A stretch of DNA of 63,805 bases, filler included, from Chiloscyllium plagiosum (Eukaryota): the NCBI RefSeq assembly GCF_004010195.1. It is 5 parts of one record of this genome, joined end to end, with 100 filler letters (N's around TTAATTAATTAA, not from the genome) between each part and the next. Parts side by side here need not be neighbours in the genome. Positions count along the whole stretch, not along the records: positions 1 to 21,172 come from NC_057712.1; positions 21,273 to 46,137 come from NC_057712.1; 3 more parts are not named here. The stretch is one strand, 5' to 3'. The notes beneath the pieces were generated by a model. The model did not search any database, had not been told where the DNA came from, and saw nothing but the letters and a program-made list of their open reading frames with translations. Positions 12,771 to 24,965 of the stretch are shown here, in pieces. A program made the position numbers and the translations under genes. The stretch's first letter is position 1, and each line of letters opens with the position of its first letter.

Positions 12771-13012
12771 TGATTTGGAGATGCCGGTGTTGGGCTGGGG
12801 TGTACAAAGTTAAAAATCACACGACACCAGGTTATAGTCCAACAGGTTTAATTAAAAGCACGAGCTTTCGGATCGTCGCTCCTAAAGCAGTGACATGAGG
12901 CTGCTTCAAGATTCCATCATATCAGGTGGTTGATGAAGGAGCGTCGCTCCGAAAGCTAGGTGCTTCCAATTAAACCTGTTGGACTATAACCTGGTATTGT
13001 GTGATTTTTAAC
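12771..13012. mobile_element. Penelope-like terminal repeat, family A, hairpin copy with target duplication
   Basis: Arms gttaaaaatcacac...gttatagtccaacaggttt and its reverse complement; flanking direct repeat ccttcagagtaa. Confidence 0.88.
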
Positions 13013-13959
13013 CTTCAGAGTAAAACTTTGTTGAAAACTTCATCACATATTCACAGACTGGGCAGGTCATGTTATAGTAGCAGCATGCATTGCAGGTAAT
13101 CTCAACTTAAATACATATCTCTTTCTTTCTCTGCTCTTTATATTTAACACAAGTAAAATACTTGCCTGCAAAGGAAAAACAATCCACAGAACCAGTATTT
13201 CACACTTTTGGCAAGTGACACTTGGCTCACACATACATTAGTAGTGTTTAGTATGTTCCAAATCAGATCTGTCTGCTCAGCACTTTTGGATTCAAAATAA
13301 ACATATTTTGCAAGTCCCCAATTACACCTTGCCTTGAACAACACAAAGAAAATTGACCCCAAAATTAAGAATGCATAATGAATTTAATTATTCCGATTCA
13401 GAAGTGTTATTCTGTTTAGCTTCCTTTTTTGGCTTTTAAACACAAATATAACCCTTGAATGTGCAAATGTTTACTAACGTTTAACTAACAAGTTGTAACT
13501 TGCCATTTATAATGTCAACATGACACCAAGCGTTCAAAAAGGAATCTTACCTGTTCATCAATGTCTATTTACATAATTAATTCTTGTGTATAGCACATCA
13601 CATATTTAAATCTGTCTTTACCAGAAGAGTTCATCCATTTATCATTCACTCTTATAGGCAACTTAATGAGACCAATTAAGTGAAATTACCTGAAATATTA
13701 GAATTTCAGTAGTCAGCTTTAAAATAGTTGCTTTTCTGTGAATTTCAATCTGACACACAGGAACATTTGGGAAGCTCTTCATCTTCAACTTGACTGACCA
13801 GTGGCTCCTTCTAAAGTAGTGACATGAGGCTGCTTCAAGATTCCATCATATCTGCAGGGTCTGCACTTCAAACATGTTCCAATCTGGGCAACAAATCCAC
13901 TAATGATCCCCTTATCAGGGTTTGGGAAGAAGTTGGGACTGGTCCAATATACAAAGTCA

Positions 13960-14165
13960 ACATCTATGACACCAACTTAGATACAAAGGTACCTAGGTAC
14001 AAGATATTAGGTACAAAGTAGAAAAATAAGGAAATAAGTTAAAAGTTCAACATTATAGTTCTTTTTAGTATAAAGTAGAAAAATAACGAAAGAAAATGAA
14101 AAGTTCAGTATTAAAACCCTTCTTTAGCCACAGGCCTGTGGACAGTCCATGCTAGGTTTTCCCTC
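13960..14165 (-). mobile_element. Dispersed element, second copy at ~15281-15580; probable Rex1/Babar-type tail
   Basis: Shared ttag.tacaaaggt.cct.g...acaaa..agaaaaataaggaaa and agtccatg; 15281-15330 is the reverse complement of a tail like that at 38130-38180. Confidence 0.5.
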
Positions 14166-14169
14166 CCGC

Positions 14170-14660
14170 AATGGAGTCAATCTCCGCCACCCTCACAGTG
14201 CTCGATCTCTCCCCCTACACAGGGCTTGATCTCTAGACCCCGCAATGGGCTTGATCTCTCCCCCTCACGGGGCTCAATCTCTCTCTCCCCATACTCCGGT
14301 CAATCTCTCCCCCCATACTGGGCTCAATCTCTCCCCAACACTGGGCTCAATCTCTCCCCAACACTGGGTTCGATCTCTCCCCCCACACTGGAATCAATCT
14401 CGATCCCCGCACTTGGCTCAATGTCTCGCCTCCACTGGGCTCGATCTCTTCCCCCCTACATTGGGTTAGATCTCTTCCCCCTACACTGGGTTCGATCTCT
14501 TCCCCCTACACTGGGTTCGATGTCTCCCTCCCACACTCGTCTTGATCTCTCTCCCCTAGACTGGGCTCGATCTCTCACCCCCCCTCACAGTGCTCAATTT
14601 CTCCCACCCACACTGGGCTCGATCTCTAGCCCCTACACTGGGATCAATTTCTCCCCCACC
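14170..14660. repeat. Minisatellite, ~23-bp unit cactgggctcgatctctccccca
   Basis: About 20 diverged tandem units visible directly. Confidence 0.9.
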
Positions 14661-14699
14661 ACCCCCTACAGAGGTAGAAAGGGATAAGCCATAAAGGGT

Positions 14700-15100
14700 G
14701 CACATTGCTGCTCCTGTGCATCAGAGGTGGAGGGAGCAGATGGGTGTGGGTATAATGCCAATCAATCAGGCTTCTTTGTCCTGGATGGTGTCAAGCCTCT
14801 TTACTGTTATTGGAGCTGCACTCATTCAGGCAAGTGGAGGGTACACCCCTACACTCTTGACTTGGGTATTGCAGATGGTGGACAGGCTTTTGGGGAGAGA
14901 GGAGGTGAATTATTCACTGCAGGATTTCTGGCCTCTGACTGTTCTTGTAGCTATCATGTTTATATCATTGATGCAGTTCAGATTCTGGTCAATGGTAACC
15001 CCAGGATGTTAACAGTGGGGGATTTAGACATGGTGACACCACAGAAAGTCAAGGACAATGGTTAGATTGCATTTTGTTGGAAATGGTCATTCTCAGGCTA
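14700..15100 (-). mobile_element. Fragment of a second CR1/L2-group LINE family
   Basis: Reverse complement of the sequence at 31600-31990 (tcctggatggtgtcaag, ttctggtcaatggtaaccccaggatgtt). Confidence 0.75.
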
Positions 15101-15589
15101 ATGCTCTGGTAATGAGTTCAATGAAGGTCTGGAATAAAAAAGACTAGCCTGATGAGACCGTGTCACTCATCATAAAACCCATCTGGTTCACTAATGTTCT
15201 TAAGGGAAGAAAATCTGCCATCTTTACGTGGTCTGGCCGACATGTGACTCCAGACCCACAGCAATGTGTTTGATGTTTATTGAATTGAATTAAATTAGGT
15301 TTATTGTTACATATACTCATGGTACAGTAAAAGTTTACAAGTCACCACTACAGTGCCATCTTAGGTACAAAGGTGCCTGGATACCTAGGTACAGAATCCT
15401 AAGTACAAAACAGAAAAATAAGGAAAACAAAGTCAATAAGTTAAACATTATGGTCATTTTTACTATAAAGTAGAAAAACAAAGAAAAACAATTAACTGTT
15501 CAACACGACAGTCCATGAGTATTTGGCCATGCTGGATTCACACTCCTTACAAGGGCTCAACCTTGCCGACATTGGACATGACCTCCCCC

Positions 15590-15790
15590 AGCTGCTGCCC
15601 CCTGCTGTCTGCTCCCACTCTCACCCCCACTGCCCCCTGCTACCTGCTCCCACTCTCACCCCCACTGCCCCCTGCTGTCTGCTCCCACTCTCACCCCCAC
15701 TACCCCCTGCTGTCTGCTCCCACTCTCACCACCACTGCCTTCTGCTGCCTGCTCCTACCACCTTGCACACTCTTCCTGCTACTACCTCGG
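15590..15790. repeat. 35-bp C-rich tandem repeat (ctgctgtctgctcccactctcacccccactgcccc)
   Basis: About 4-5 units; cctgctgtct recurs at 15601 and 15671, two units apart. Confidence 0.85.
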
Positions 15791-16039
15791 GCTGCCACCC
15801 TAGTCTGAAATGGCCTCGACATCCAATCCACGCAAGGGTAATTAGGGACAGACATCAAATATTGACCTTGTGAGCAATATCTACACCCCATGTAAGCAGG
15901 TTATAAAATCTTACCAGGTCTCCTTAGCGCCTTCCAAAAGCTATGACAGTTACCATCTAGAAGGACAAGGGCAGCAAAGTTTCCAGAACAAGTAATAGGA
16001 AAGGGAAGTGTGGGAAGGGTCAGGAGTCTAACTTCAGGC

Positions 16040-16405
16040 AGAGTGGATAATGGGACAACCATGAGAAGGGGGCAGTCAATGCAGAACTGAGGGAGTCATA
16101 CTTAAATGTACGCAGTATACAAATCAAGATAAATGAGCTGGGAGTGCAGATTGAAATAGGCTGGCATGATGTTATATGTATCACCAAGTCATGGCCGAAG
16201 GGACTTAGGGCTGGGATCTAAATATCCAAGGATACATGTCCTATCGACAGGACAGACAGATGCGCAGGGGTGGCAGGGATGCCTTGTTAGTAAGAAATGA
16301 AATTAAATCAATAGCAAGAGTCAGAAGGTGTAGAATCTGTTGGAATGGAGTTGAGGAACTGCAAAAGAGAAAAAAACCCTGATGGGTTACGTACAGGCCT
16401 CCTAG
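16040..16405 (+). mobile_element. Decayed CR1 ORF2 endonuclease (APE) fragment
   Basis: tacttaaatgtacgcagtatacaaatcaagataaatgagctg = YLNVRSIQIKINEL; similar to the APE N-terminus at 45960 and 62640. Confidence 0.75.
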
Positions 16406-16807
16406 CATTAGTCTCTCCAATCCAGAAAGTGAACACTTGAAATAGTGGAGTCCTATTCAAATCAACCTCTTTAACTAAACTTTTAGTCATTTGATAAAGC
16501 CTCCTTCTTTACCTCAAAGGTTTTTTTTCATTGATAGCAACCTGTGAAGTGCTTAGGGATATTTTACTCTGGTATTAGTGCTATACAAATGCAAGTTGTT
16601 CTCATCAGATTTTGTAAACTTATTTATGGCAATCTTGGCCTGAATCTTTTTTTTTTGGCTAAGTGTTACTTGTTGATTTTTTTGGAGGGATTCTCGTCAT
16701 GAGGCCCAGTGGGATTTCTCACAGTATCTGACCAAAATGGTCTCATTACCTATCTCCTCTGTCTATATGGTGCCCCCCTTTCTTCTGATCCTACCCCTAT
16801 CTCACCA

Positions 16808-17158
16808 TGCGGCTGGCACAGTGGCTCAGTGGTAAGCACTGCTGTCCTGAATCACAGGGACCCCGCGTTTGATTCCACCCTCAGGTGACTGTCCTTGTGG
16901 AGTTTGCACATTCTCCCCATGTCTGCCTGGGTTTTCTCTGGGTGCTTTGGTTTCCTCCCACAGTCTAAAAATGTGCAGGTTAGGTGGATTGACCATGCCA
17001 ATTTGCCCCTAGTCTCCAGGGATGTGTTCTGCGGCTGGGTTAGTCATGGGAAATGCAGGGTTACAGAGATGGGGTGGGCCTGGGTGGGATGTGCTTTGGA
17101 AGGTCGGTGTGGATTCAGTGGGCCGAATGGCCTCATTCCAGACTTTAGGGATTCTATG
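16808..17158 (+). mobile_element. HE1-type V-SINE (variant subfamily)
   Basis: Head ggcacagtggctcagtggtaagcactg, V-domain, tail gggccgaatggcct...gggattctatg. Confidence 0.85.
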
Positions 17159-17559
17159 GCAAATACATTAGAGCACGTGCCACCTGCAAGTTCCCCTCCA
17201 AGTCATTCATCATCATGACTTTGAAATATATTGCAGCTCCTTTAATATCACTCAGTCAAAATCCTGGATCTCATTCCCTAATGGCATTGTGGGTGCCATG
17301 AACCACATGGACTGCTGCAGTACAAGAAGGAAGCTCACCGCCCAACTTCACAAGGGCAACGAAGGATGGGTAATAAATGCTGGCCCGGCCAGCAACGCTC
17401 ACATGGATGAATTTTTTTTAAAAGACACAAGGAAAGGAAGTTGCAACACAGGTTTGCATGCATGCTTAAGAACAGAAGCACAATGACAGAGCTGGAGGAT
17501 CACATCGATACTGGGCAGAGATGGCTTGCAAAACAGCAGAGTTTTACTACGTGAGTGAA

Positions 17560-18540
17560 AAAGGCAAGGCTGAAAATTAGCAACTATCTTCCGCTAGAAG
17601 TAGATGAGACATCTTTGCCTCTTCCTGAGATCCCCAGCATTACTGTTGCTGCATTCAGCCAAATCAATTGATCTATGTTTTTTATTAGGAAACAGCTAAG
17701 CACAGCGTATATCACAAAGGCTATGGGTGTTGGACAACGTTCTGGAGACTACTCTTCCAGAAGAAGCTACACCTCTAGCCAGGTTTTGTTTTCAGTACAG
17801 CTGCAGCACTGGTATCCACCCAACAATGTGGAAATTGCCCAAATACCTTCTGTCCACAGAAAACAGTAAGGGCCCAATCTGTCCAGCATGCACACACCCA
17901 TCAGTTGAGTGATGGAAAGTGCTGTTGACTGCACTCTCAAGCAATTACTCAGCTGATGATCAATGCCTGATTTGGGTTCCACCAGGACCAATCAGCTTCA
18001 TACCTCATTGAAACTTTGGTCCAAGGATGAAAAGTGCTGAACACCAGAGTTAAGTTGAGATACTGTCCTTGAATCAAGGTAGCACAATATCATCAAAGAG
18101 CCCTGGTCAAACTGAAGCCGGCGAGAACTGGGGAAAATATTCCTCTAACTGGCATCACATTAGGACAATAGAAGAGGATTGCAGTTGTTGGAGTTCTGTC
18201 ATTTCAATCTCAGGACATTGCTTCATACTGACCAGAAATGGAGATGTTTGCTGAGATTTGCATAGAAGTCATCAATGTCTATATGCAGCAAGACCTCCGA
18301 CCATTCAGGTTTGAACTGATAAAATGACAAGTAATGTTTGTACCACTCAAGTGCTAGTCAATGGTCCTCTCCAACAAAAAAAGAGTCTAACCATGTCCAC
18401 TTGATATTCAACAGAATTGCCATCATCAAATGCCCCACAATCAATTGCTGCAAAGGTCACCAACAGATCTGAAACTGAACTGCACCATCTGTATGAATAC
18501 TGTGGTACAAAAGCAGCTCAGAAACTGGGAATTTTGCAGT
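17560..18540 (+). mobile_element. Highly decayed second CR1/L2-group LINE (RT region)
   Basis: gagatgtttgctgag (MFAD-like); collinear with the 31380-31800 copy; resumes at 19547-19810. Confidence 0.65.
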
Positions 18541-18544
18541 CAAG

Positions 18545-19546
18545 ACGGAAGTGTAGTGGACAGCCAAGAAGGTTACCTCAGCTTACAATGGGATCTTGAT
18601 CAGATGGGCCAATTGCCTGAGAAATGGCAGATGGAGTTTAATTCAGATAAATGTGAGGTGCTGCATTTTGGGAAAGCAAATCTTAGCAGGACTTATACAC
18701 TTAATGGTAAGGTCCTAGGGAATGTTGCTGAACAAAGAGACCTTGGAGTGCAGGTTCATAGCTCCGAGAAAGTGGAGTCGCAGGTAGATAGGATAGTGAA
18801 GAAGGTGTTTGTTGAAACTTTATTGCTGGAACAGCACAGCAGGTCAGGCAGCATCCAGGGAACAGGAGATTCGACGTTTCGAGCACAGGCCCTTCTTCAG
18901 GAATGAGCAGAGAGTGTTCAGCAGGAGAAGATAAAAGGTAGGGAGGAGGGACTGGGAGGAGGGGCGTTGGAAATGTGATAGGTGGAAAGAGGTCAAGGTG
19001 AAGGTGATAGGTCGGAGTAGGGTGGAGGCGGAGAGGTCAAGAAGAAGACAGCAGGTCAGGAAGGCGGTGCCGGGCGGGAGGGATACGGCTGAGACAAGGT
19101 GGGGGGAGGGGAGATGAAGAAACTGGTGAAGTCCAAGTTCATCCCCTGCGGTTGGAGGGTTCCCAGTCGGAAGATAAGACGCTCCTCCTCCGACCATCGC
19201 GTTGTTGTGGTTTGGCGGTGGATGAGTCCAATGACCTGGGTCAGGGAGTACAGAATTAGAAGGCATAGGTTAAGGGTGAGAGGGGAAAGATATAAAAGAG
19301 ACTTAAGGGGCAACTTTTTCATGCAGAGGGTGGTACGTGTATGGAATGAGCTGCCAGAGGAAGTGGTGGAGGCTCGTACAATTGCAACATTTAAAAGGCA
19401 TCTGGATGGGTATCTGAATAGTAAGGGTTTGGAGGGATATGGGCCAGGTGCTGGCAGATGGAACTAGATTGGGTTAGAATATCTTGTTGGCACAGACGAG
19501 TTGGACCGAAGGGTCTGTTTCCATGCTATACATCTGTATGACTCTA
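18545..19546 (+). mobile_element. CR1 LINE 3' fragment interrupted by a PLE (18811-19234)
   Basis: LQWDLDQMGQ..KWQMEFNSDKCEVLHFG...EQRDLGVQV; then [17 protein letters not shown] and tail ctgtatgactcta. Confidence 0.9.
18811..19234 (-). mobile_element. Penelope-like element, family B: GIY-YIG C-terminus plus terminal repeat
   Basis: Minus-strand EEERLIFRLGTLQPQGMNLDF, typical of the PLE endonuclease end, followed by the hammerhead-containing repeat. Confidence 0.85.
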
Positions 19547-20379
19547 TAAGAGGCTCCCCAAAGCCTGCCCACCATTCAGTAGGGATTCTTATGGAATACT
19601 TTCCACTTTCTTGGATGATTGCATGTCTAACAATATTCAAGAAGCTTGACAACATCCAATACAAAGAAGTCATCTTGATTAGCATCCCATCCATCACCTT
19701 CCACATTCACTTCTTCCACTATCTGTGCAATCGTAATATTTACAAACGCATTGCAGCAACTTGTCAATCCTCAGCCAGTAGCACTTTTCAAACCTGTGAC
19801 CTCTATCACTGACAAGCAACATTCTCTCTGAGCTCCCCTCTCTAGGGGCCACAACCAGTGATTGGCATGCTGATGTGGTTCACGACATTGACTTCCAGTT
19901 CTGGAAGTTAGAACCACGCATGGAACTCCCCAAAGAATTTTTTAAATGTTGGCACAAATGCAGGTCAGAAGGATGAACACAACAGATGTCTGGGAGCACC
20001 ACCATCTGCAAATTCCCCTCCAATCCACACAACTTTGAACTATCTTATGGTTCCTTCACACTTTCTTGGCTAAAATCCTGGAATCCCAACAGGACTATTG
20101 GAGTACTTCCATCACAAGGAATGGAATGGTTCAAGAAAGCAGCTCAGCACTACCCTCTCAAGGACAATTAGGGATGGATAATGAATGTAAGACTTGTCAT
20201 TGATGTCTACATCTCTGGATGAATAAAGAATGTCTTGTCCATCTGTTATTCTCCTATTTTCTGACAAGCTGCTATTAATTCTTCCTTCATACCGCTTTCC
20301 ACCATGTGGCTATTCTTAGTAGGCCTATACATCACTCCCAATCTGATTTATTACCTCTGTTGTTTCTCACCTCTACGCG

Positions 20380-21172
20380 GATAATCCAAGATGGAGGATG
20401 GGAAAAAATTCTGGCAGTAAGAGCTGCTCCTTTTTTTGAGATATTTTAGATGTTGGAGGAGATTTCCTCAAATTCCAGGAGCAGCAATTCTGTTTTATAT
20501 GCTGTTGCACTGTTTTGGAACTTTGGAAAAAAAAGGTCAAAACAACAGCAGTTTAAAAGGAAGGAGAGCAGACAAAGGAAGCAGATGGTGAGGACAGTGC
20601 AGGAGAGAGAGAGAGAGAGAGAGACTGCACAGGTACCGCCTTTGCTGTTTGAATTTGTGTATCGCTGGACATCAGAGTGCATCTGGGAAAATTAACAAAC
20701 AGTGAAATTCACAACTAATCTTGGAGGAACCGTTGGGCGAAGTTCACAGCACAGAATCAGATAAGTTTATTGTTGTTTAAGTCTGTCCAAGAGAAAGGCT
20801 GCAGTAGTGAATATCATGTATTCTTTCTTGATTATATGTTTTTGGAGATAAGTCTCTTGATTAAACTTAAAATATAAGCCATAGCTATTAATTTAACCTG
20901 GGGCAGTGTTTGGAGAGGAATAAGACAATGTGATTCTCTGGGTCTGTAGATTGTGAAGGAGCAAAAATGGCCTTTACAGTGATATGTACTTCCTGTCAGA
21001 TGTGGGAGTTTAAAGACAGTTTAAGGGTTACTGCAGGTTATATCTGCCATAAATACTGTTGGATGCGAATCTTATCAGATCAAGTGGATCGGTTGGAGAG
21101 ACAGATAGAAGCGATGAGGAATTTGCAACAGCAACAGTATGTGATGGATGGCAGTTATAGGAAGGGGGGAAA
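20380..21172 (+). mobile_element. CR1 LINE 5' end with ORF1 zinc-finger/leucine-zipper region (ORF from 20967), truncated by gap
   Basis: MAFTVICTSCQMWE...YICHKY...LSDQVDRLERQIEAMR matches the CR1 ORF1 zf/lz pattern. Confidence 0.75.
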
Positions 21173-21272
21173 NNNNNNNNNNNNNNNNNNNNNNNNNNNN
21201 NNNNNNNNNNNNNNNNTTAATTAATTAANNNNNNNNNNNNNNNNNNNNNNNNNNNNNNNNNNNNNNNNNNNN
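21173..21272. other. Assembly gap with artificial spacer N44-TTAATTAATTAA-N44 (also 46138-46237, 56036-56135, 61591-61690); plain N gap at 40130-40322
   Basis: Same 100-nt construct four times; the spacer puts stops in all six frames. Confidence 0.95.
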
Positions 21273-21386
21273 CCCACCCCACCCCCCCCAAGGCCTTATA
21301 CTCAAAACGTTGACTCTCCTGCTCCTCAAATGCTGCCTGACTGGCTGTGCTTTTCTAGCACCACACTTTTTGACACTGATCTCCAG

Positions 21387-21718
21387 CATGGTGGCTCAGT
21401 GGTTAGCACTGCAGCCTCACAGAGCCAGGGAGCTGGGTTCAATTCCCTCCTCGGGTGACTGTCTGTGTGGAGTTTGCACATTCTCCGAGTATCTGTGTGG
21501 ATTTCCTCCGAGTGCTCCGGTTTCCTTGCACAATCCAAAGATGTGCAAGTCAGGTGAGTTGGCCATGCTAAATTGCCCATGCTAAATTGCCCATAGTGTT
21601 CAGTTCATTAGTAAATGTAGGGTAGGGGAATGGGTCTGGGTGGTTACTCTTTGTAGGGTCGGTGTGGACTTGTTGGGCCAAAGGGCCTGTTTCCACACTG
21701 TAGGTAATCTAATCTAAT
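21387..21718 (+). mobile_element. HE1-type V-SINE inserted into a family-B-like PLE end (21273-21386, resuming 21719-21738)
   Basis: SINE head, V-domain and (taatc)n tail; PLE text ctccagcat...ctgctgccgtcactttctcc is split by the SINE. Confidence 0.85.
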
Positions 21719-22399
21719 CTGCTGCCGTCACTTTCTCCCAGCCAGAACACCAGCTTGATACACTTTTTGTTTCTTATGAAGTCTTTCAAGGGTGGAACTG
21801 AAGAGGATTAAAGGTAGCTCTCAGACCAATCTGCATATTCTTCTACTTTTACCTCAACCAGCTCGGTCACTGATTTTACGCCAGGATTACTTCTTCAGTA
21901 ACTGTCCGATTGAAGGCAAGGCAACCCTATGTTAGAACGGACAGCCTGTACACAGGAGGGACTTGCATTCCATTGGATGAGTTTAGCCCGCGAACAGTGG
22001 AGTGCCACTCCATCGACTGCAATAATGAAAGGTATATGGCTAAACACCAGCCTCCATCTCAGTTTAGAAAACCTCCCTTCCTCCTTTACATTCCTCCACC
22101 CCTCCAGTAGTACTGATGCTATCCTCAGATTGCTGTCTCCTGTTTCAAGTGAATTGTTTTCGGTGCTAGGAGAATGGAACTTAGGCCTGAACGTTCTCTA
22201 GAACTGCTCCTGTTCCACCAGAGTTGCCTCACTTGAAATCTCTCTCACTCTCACACACACACACATATATGAATTCTTCCTTTGCGATAGGAAACTGAAA
22301 GTGGAACTATTTCCAGTTCCTGAACCTGTCCTGGGTGGGAGCAGTCACTTGTCGGTGTTTAACAGGAGCCCTCTCCTTTAATTGGTCAGTATGCTGATT

Positions 22400-22990
22400 G
22401 TCTGTCCATTTAAGGATGGCAGGTGTACTCAAAGCTAGATAGCCAATCCACGGCCTTCCAGCTTCAGAGAAGCTGCTGGTTGTGGCCAAGAGTGAGCCAT
22501 GGAGAACGTGAACATGGAAATGCTGTCTGACTGGCTTTTTAAGCAATTCACCTGAGAAATAGAGAAACAAATCTATTTGTATTATAACTGTGCAGCTTTT
22601 GGGATATAGGAGCAGAACCTGCTTACCTGAACAGGATGTTGAAGGCCTTCCACATCCTACTTTTTCAAGGCTCTGCATTGACTTGCTCAGCTCTTCTCTG
22701 ATTGCAACCTATTAGAAGCAGGGCCTTTTTCTTGCACCCAAAGCATTGTGTCCCATTGTCTACCTTGTGCATGACGACCTGCAAGGCTCTCTAGCAAAGG
22801 CAGCTTTCCTATAACGGTCCTCATGCCCACTATGGATTAGCAGCCCCCTGCAAGATTTAGACAAACTCAAAAGCAGAATTGAACAATTTGCAGTCAAGCA
22901 GAAGTGCAGGTCATTTTAAGGAACTGTACCTGCACGGTTATGTAGTCCTCTGGCCTCAGACTCTTAGAGTTTAATGCAAATGGCAATGGG
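22400..22990 (-). pseudogene. Possible decayed Myb/SANT (Harbinger ORF1-like) gene with two short introns
   Basis: GT-AG segments 22929-22848 and 22626-22552; middle exon gives RKAAFARE/LQVVMHKV...AEQVNAEP*KSRMWKAFNILFR, needing a frameshift and a stop. Confidence 0.35.
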
Positions 22991-23399
22991 AGTGTGCAGC
23001 CAAATATTTAAATGAGGGATCCGGAAAAAAAAAGTAAGATCCTCTTGGTGTCAGGAAAATGAAATGCACAACAAAAAAAATCCAGTATGTCCATTGTAAA
23101 GCTTCAGGCTGTTTGTTACTCCATGATAAAGAAGTTCAATATATTAACAGATGGTAAGTACATGGTCCATGTAAACTTCTGTACAGCTTGTAATCACCTG
23201 AAGAATTTGAGGCATTTTCCGGGGTGGCTTTCTCTTCCTAGCCCTGGGTTTCCCCTGTTTTGTGTTTAACTCTCCCAGGGGATTACATATTCTCAGGGAA
23301 ATGAGGATACCAAAGGCAAAACATTCCAGTCTTGTTTGGGGTAAGCTGCATAGACCATTTGATCTTTCCCTGCTGATCATTTTAGTACCTTTGCACCTT

Positions 23400-24000
23400 A
23401 CACATGAACAAGGTGCTGGAGTAGGCTCCTCAGCCCCTCAAGCCCTACTTCACCATTCAATGCAATTATAGCTGATCTGATTGTAACCTCAAATCCATAT
23501 TTCCATCTATCCCAATAACCTTTCATCCCCTTCATTAACAAGAATCGATCCACTGCTGCATTAAAAATATTCAAGGACTCTACTTTCACCATCTTGGCAG
23601 GAAAAGAATGTCAATGAGTTTGAATGACTCTCAATGCTCAGATAAACACATTTCACCTCATCTGTTTTAAAGGGAGGAACTCTACTTTTTAAACAGCTAC
23701 ACCTCGTTCAAACCTCCTCATCAGGAGAAATGTCCTCTCCACACCATCCTGTCAGTACCTCACAGGGTCTTCAACATTTTCAATCAAACATTAATCACCT
23801 CTTATTCAAATAAACAGCAGCAAATACAATCCTTGGTTATTAAACCTTTCCTCAGAAGACAAGCTATTCCTTCCAGAATTAGACCTGCTGAGCCTTCTCT
23901 GAACTACTTCCATTGCATTTACATACTGCTTTAAATAAGGTGACTGATTCTTCACACAGTACTCCAGATGTAATCTCACCAGCGTCCTGTATAACTGAAG
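23400..24000 (-). mobile_element. CR1 LINE 3' fragment
   Basis: ORF 23806-24006 LQLYRTLVRLHLEYCV; tail with gagtaggc...cagcccctcaagcc. Confidence 0.85.
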
Positions 24001-24015
24001 TATCACTTTCTTACT

Positions 24016-24110
24016 TGATTTGGAGACGCCAGTGTTGGACTGGGGTGGACAAAGTTAAAAATCACACAACACCAGGTTATAGTCCAACAGGTTTATTTGG
24101 AAGCACTAGA
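24016..24110 (-). mobile_element. PLE family A terminal fragment with target duplication actttcttactt
   Basis: tgatttggagacgccagtgttggactgggg...gttatagtccaacaggttt; direct repeat on both sides. Confidence 0.85.
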
Positions 24111-24749
24111 TTTCTAACTTTCTTACTTAAGTATTCCATTCCCTTTACAATAAATTACATTATTCAATTAATTTTCCCGATTACTTTCTGCACCTGCATA
24201 ATAATCTTCAGTGGCTCATGCTCTCGCATACCCAGATCCTTCTGATTAGGCTAAAATTCAGCTATCATATTCCTCCAAATAAATGAATAGTAAAAGTGCA
24301 GGAATTCTGAGCTTTGTTGTGGTTTTCCAAAAGAGAGTGTGAAATACCAAATTGATCGTCTTGAGTTCCTACACTGACCAATGAAAGTTTGGTGACCATA
24401 ATTCCCAAGTAAAAAAAATTGCATCAATTTCTTAGTGCTGCATTAACTATTGCTGAACCGTGGCTTGGAACAGTTCAAAGAGTGGGAATGGTTTGGGAGA
24501 GCAAAAATCAAACAATTTCAAAATCACTGAAGTGCTGAAAGCTGGGAAAGGAATGTATTGTTTGCTTCTCATAACTGAGGGCTTTTCTCAATCAGTTGAC
24601 AAGTGGAGCAGGCTTAAAATCATCTTCCAGGTGACCGTGGAGAAAGATTAAGAAGGTGGAGGAATATTTAATGCAACAACCTGGGAGTGTACACCACTGA
24701 CATTGCTGCTGATGCAACTAGCTGACCATTCTGACTCTGGCTAATCAAC

Positions 24750-24965
24750 ACCCCTGACTAATGCAACTAACCTACACATCCCTGAACACTACAGCAATTT
24801 AGCATGGCCAATTCACCTAACCTGCACATCTTTGGACTGTGGGAGGAAACCAGAGCACCCGGAGGAAACCCACGCAGACACGGGGAGAATGTGCAAACTG
24901 CACACAGTCAGTCGCCTGAGGCTGGAATCGAACTCGGATCCCTGGTGCTGTAAGGCAGCAATGCT
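24750..24965 (-). mobile_element. HE1-type V-SINE
   Basis: Reverse-complement V-domain gcacatctttggactgtgggaggaaaccagagcacccggagg. Confidence 0.88.

Noticed and set aside
14226..14687. 153-aa Pro/Ser/Leu-rich ORF
   Set aside because: Translation of the 23-bp minisatellite
21217..21228. Recurrent palindrome TTAATTAATTAA at four sites
   Set aside because: Always centred in identical N runs; a scaffolding spacer, not biological sequence
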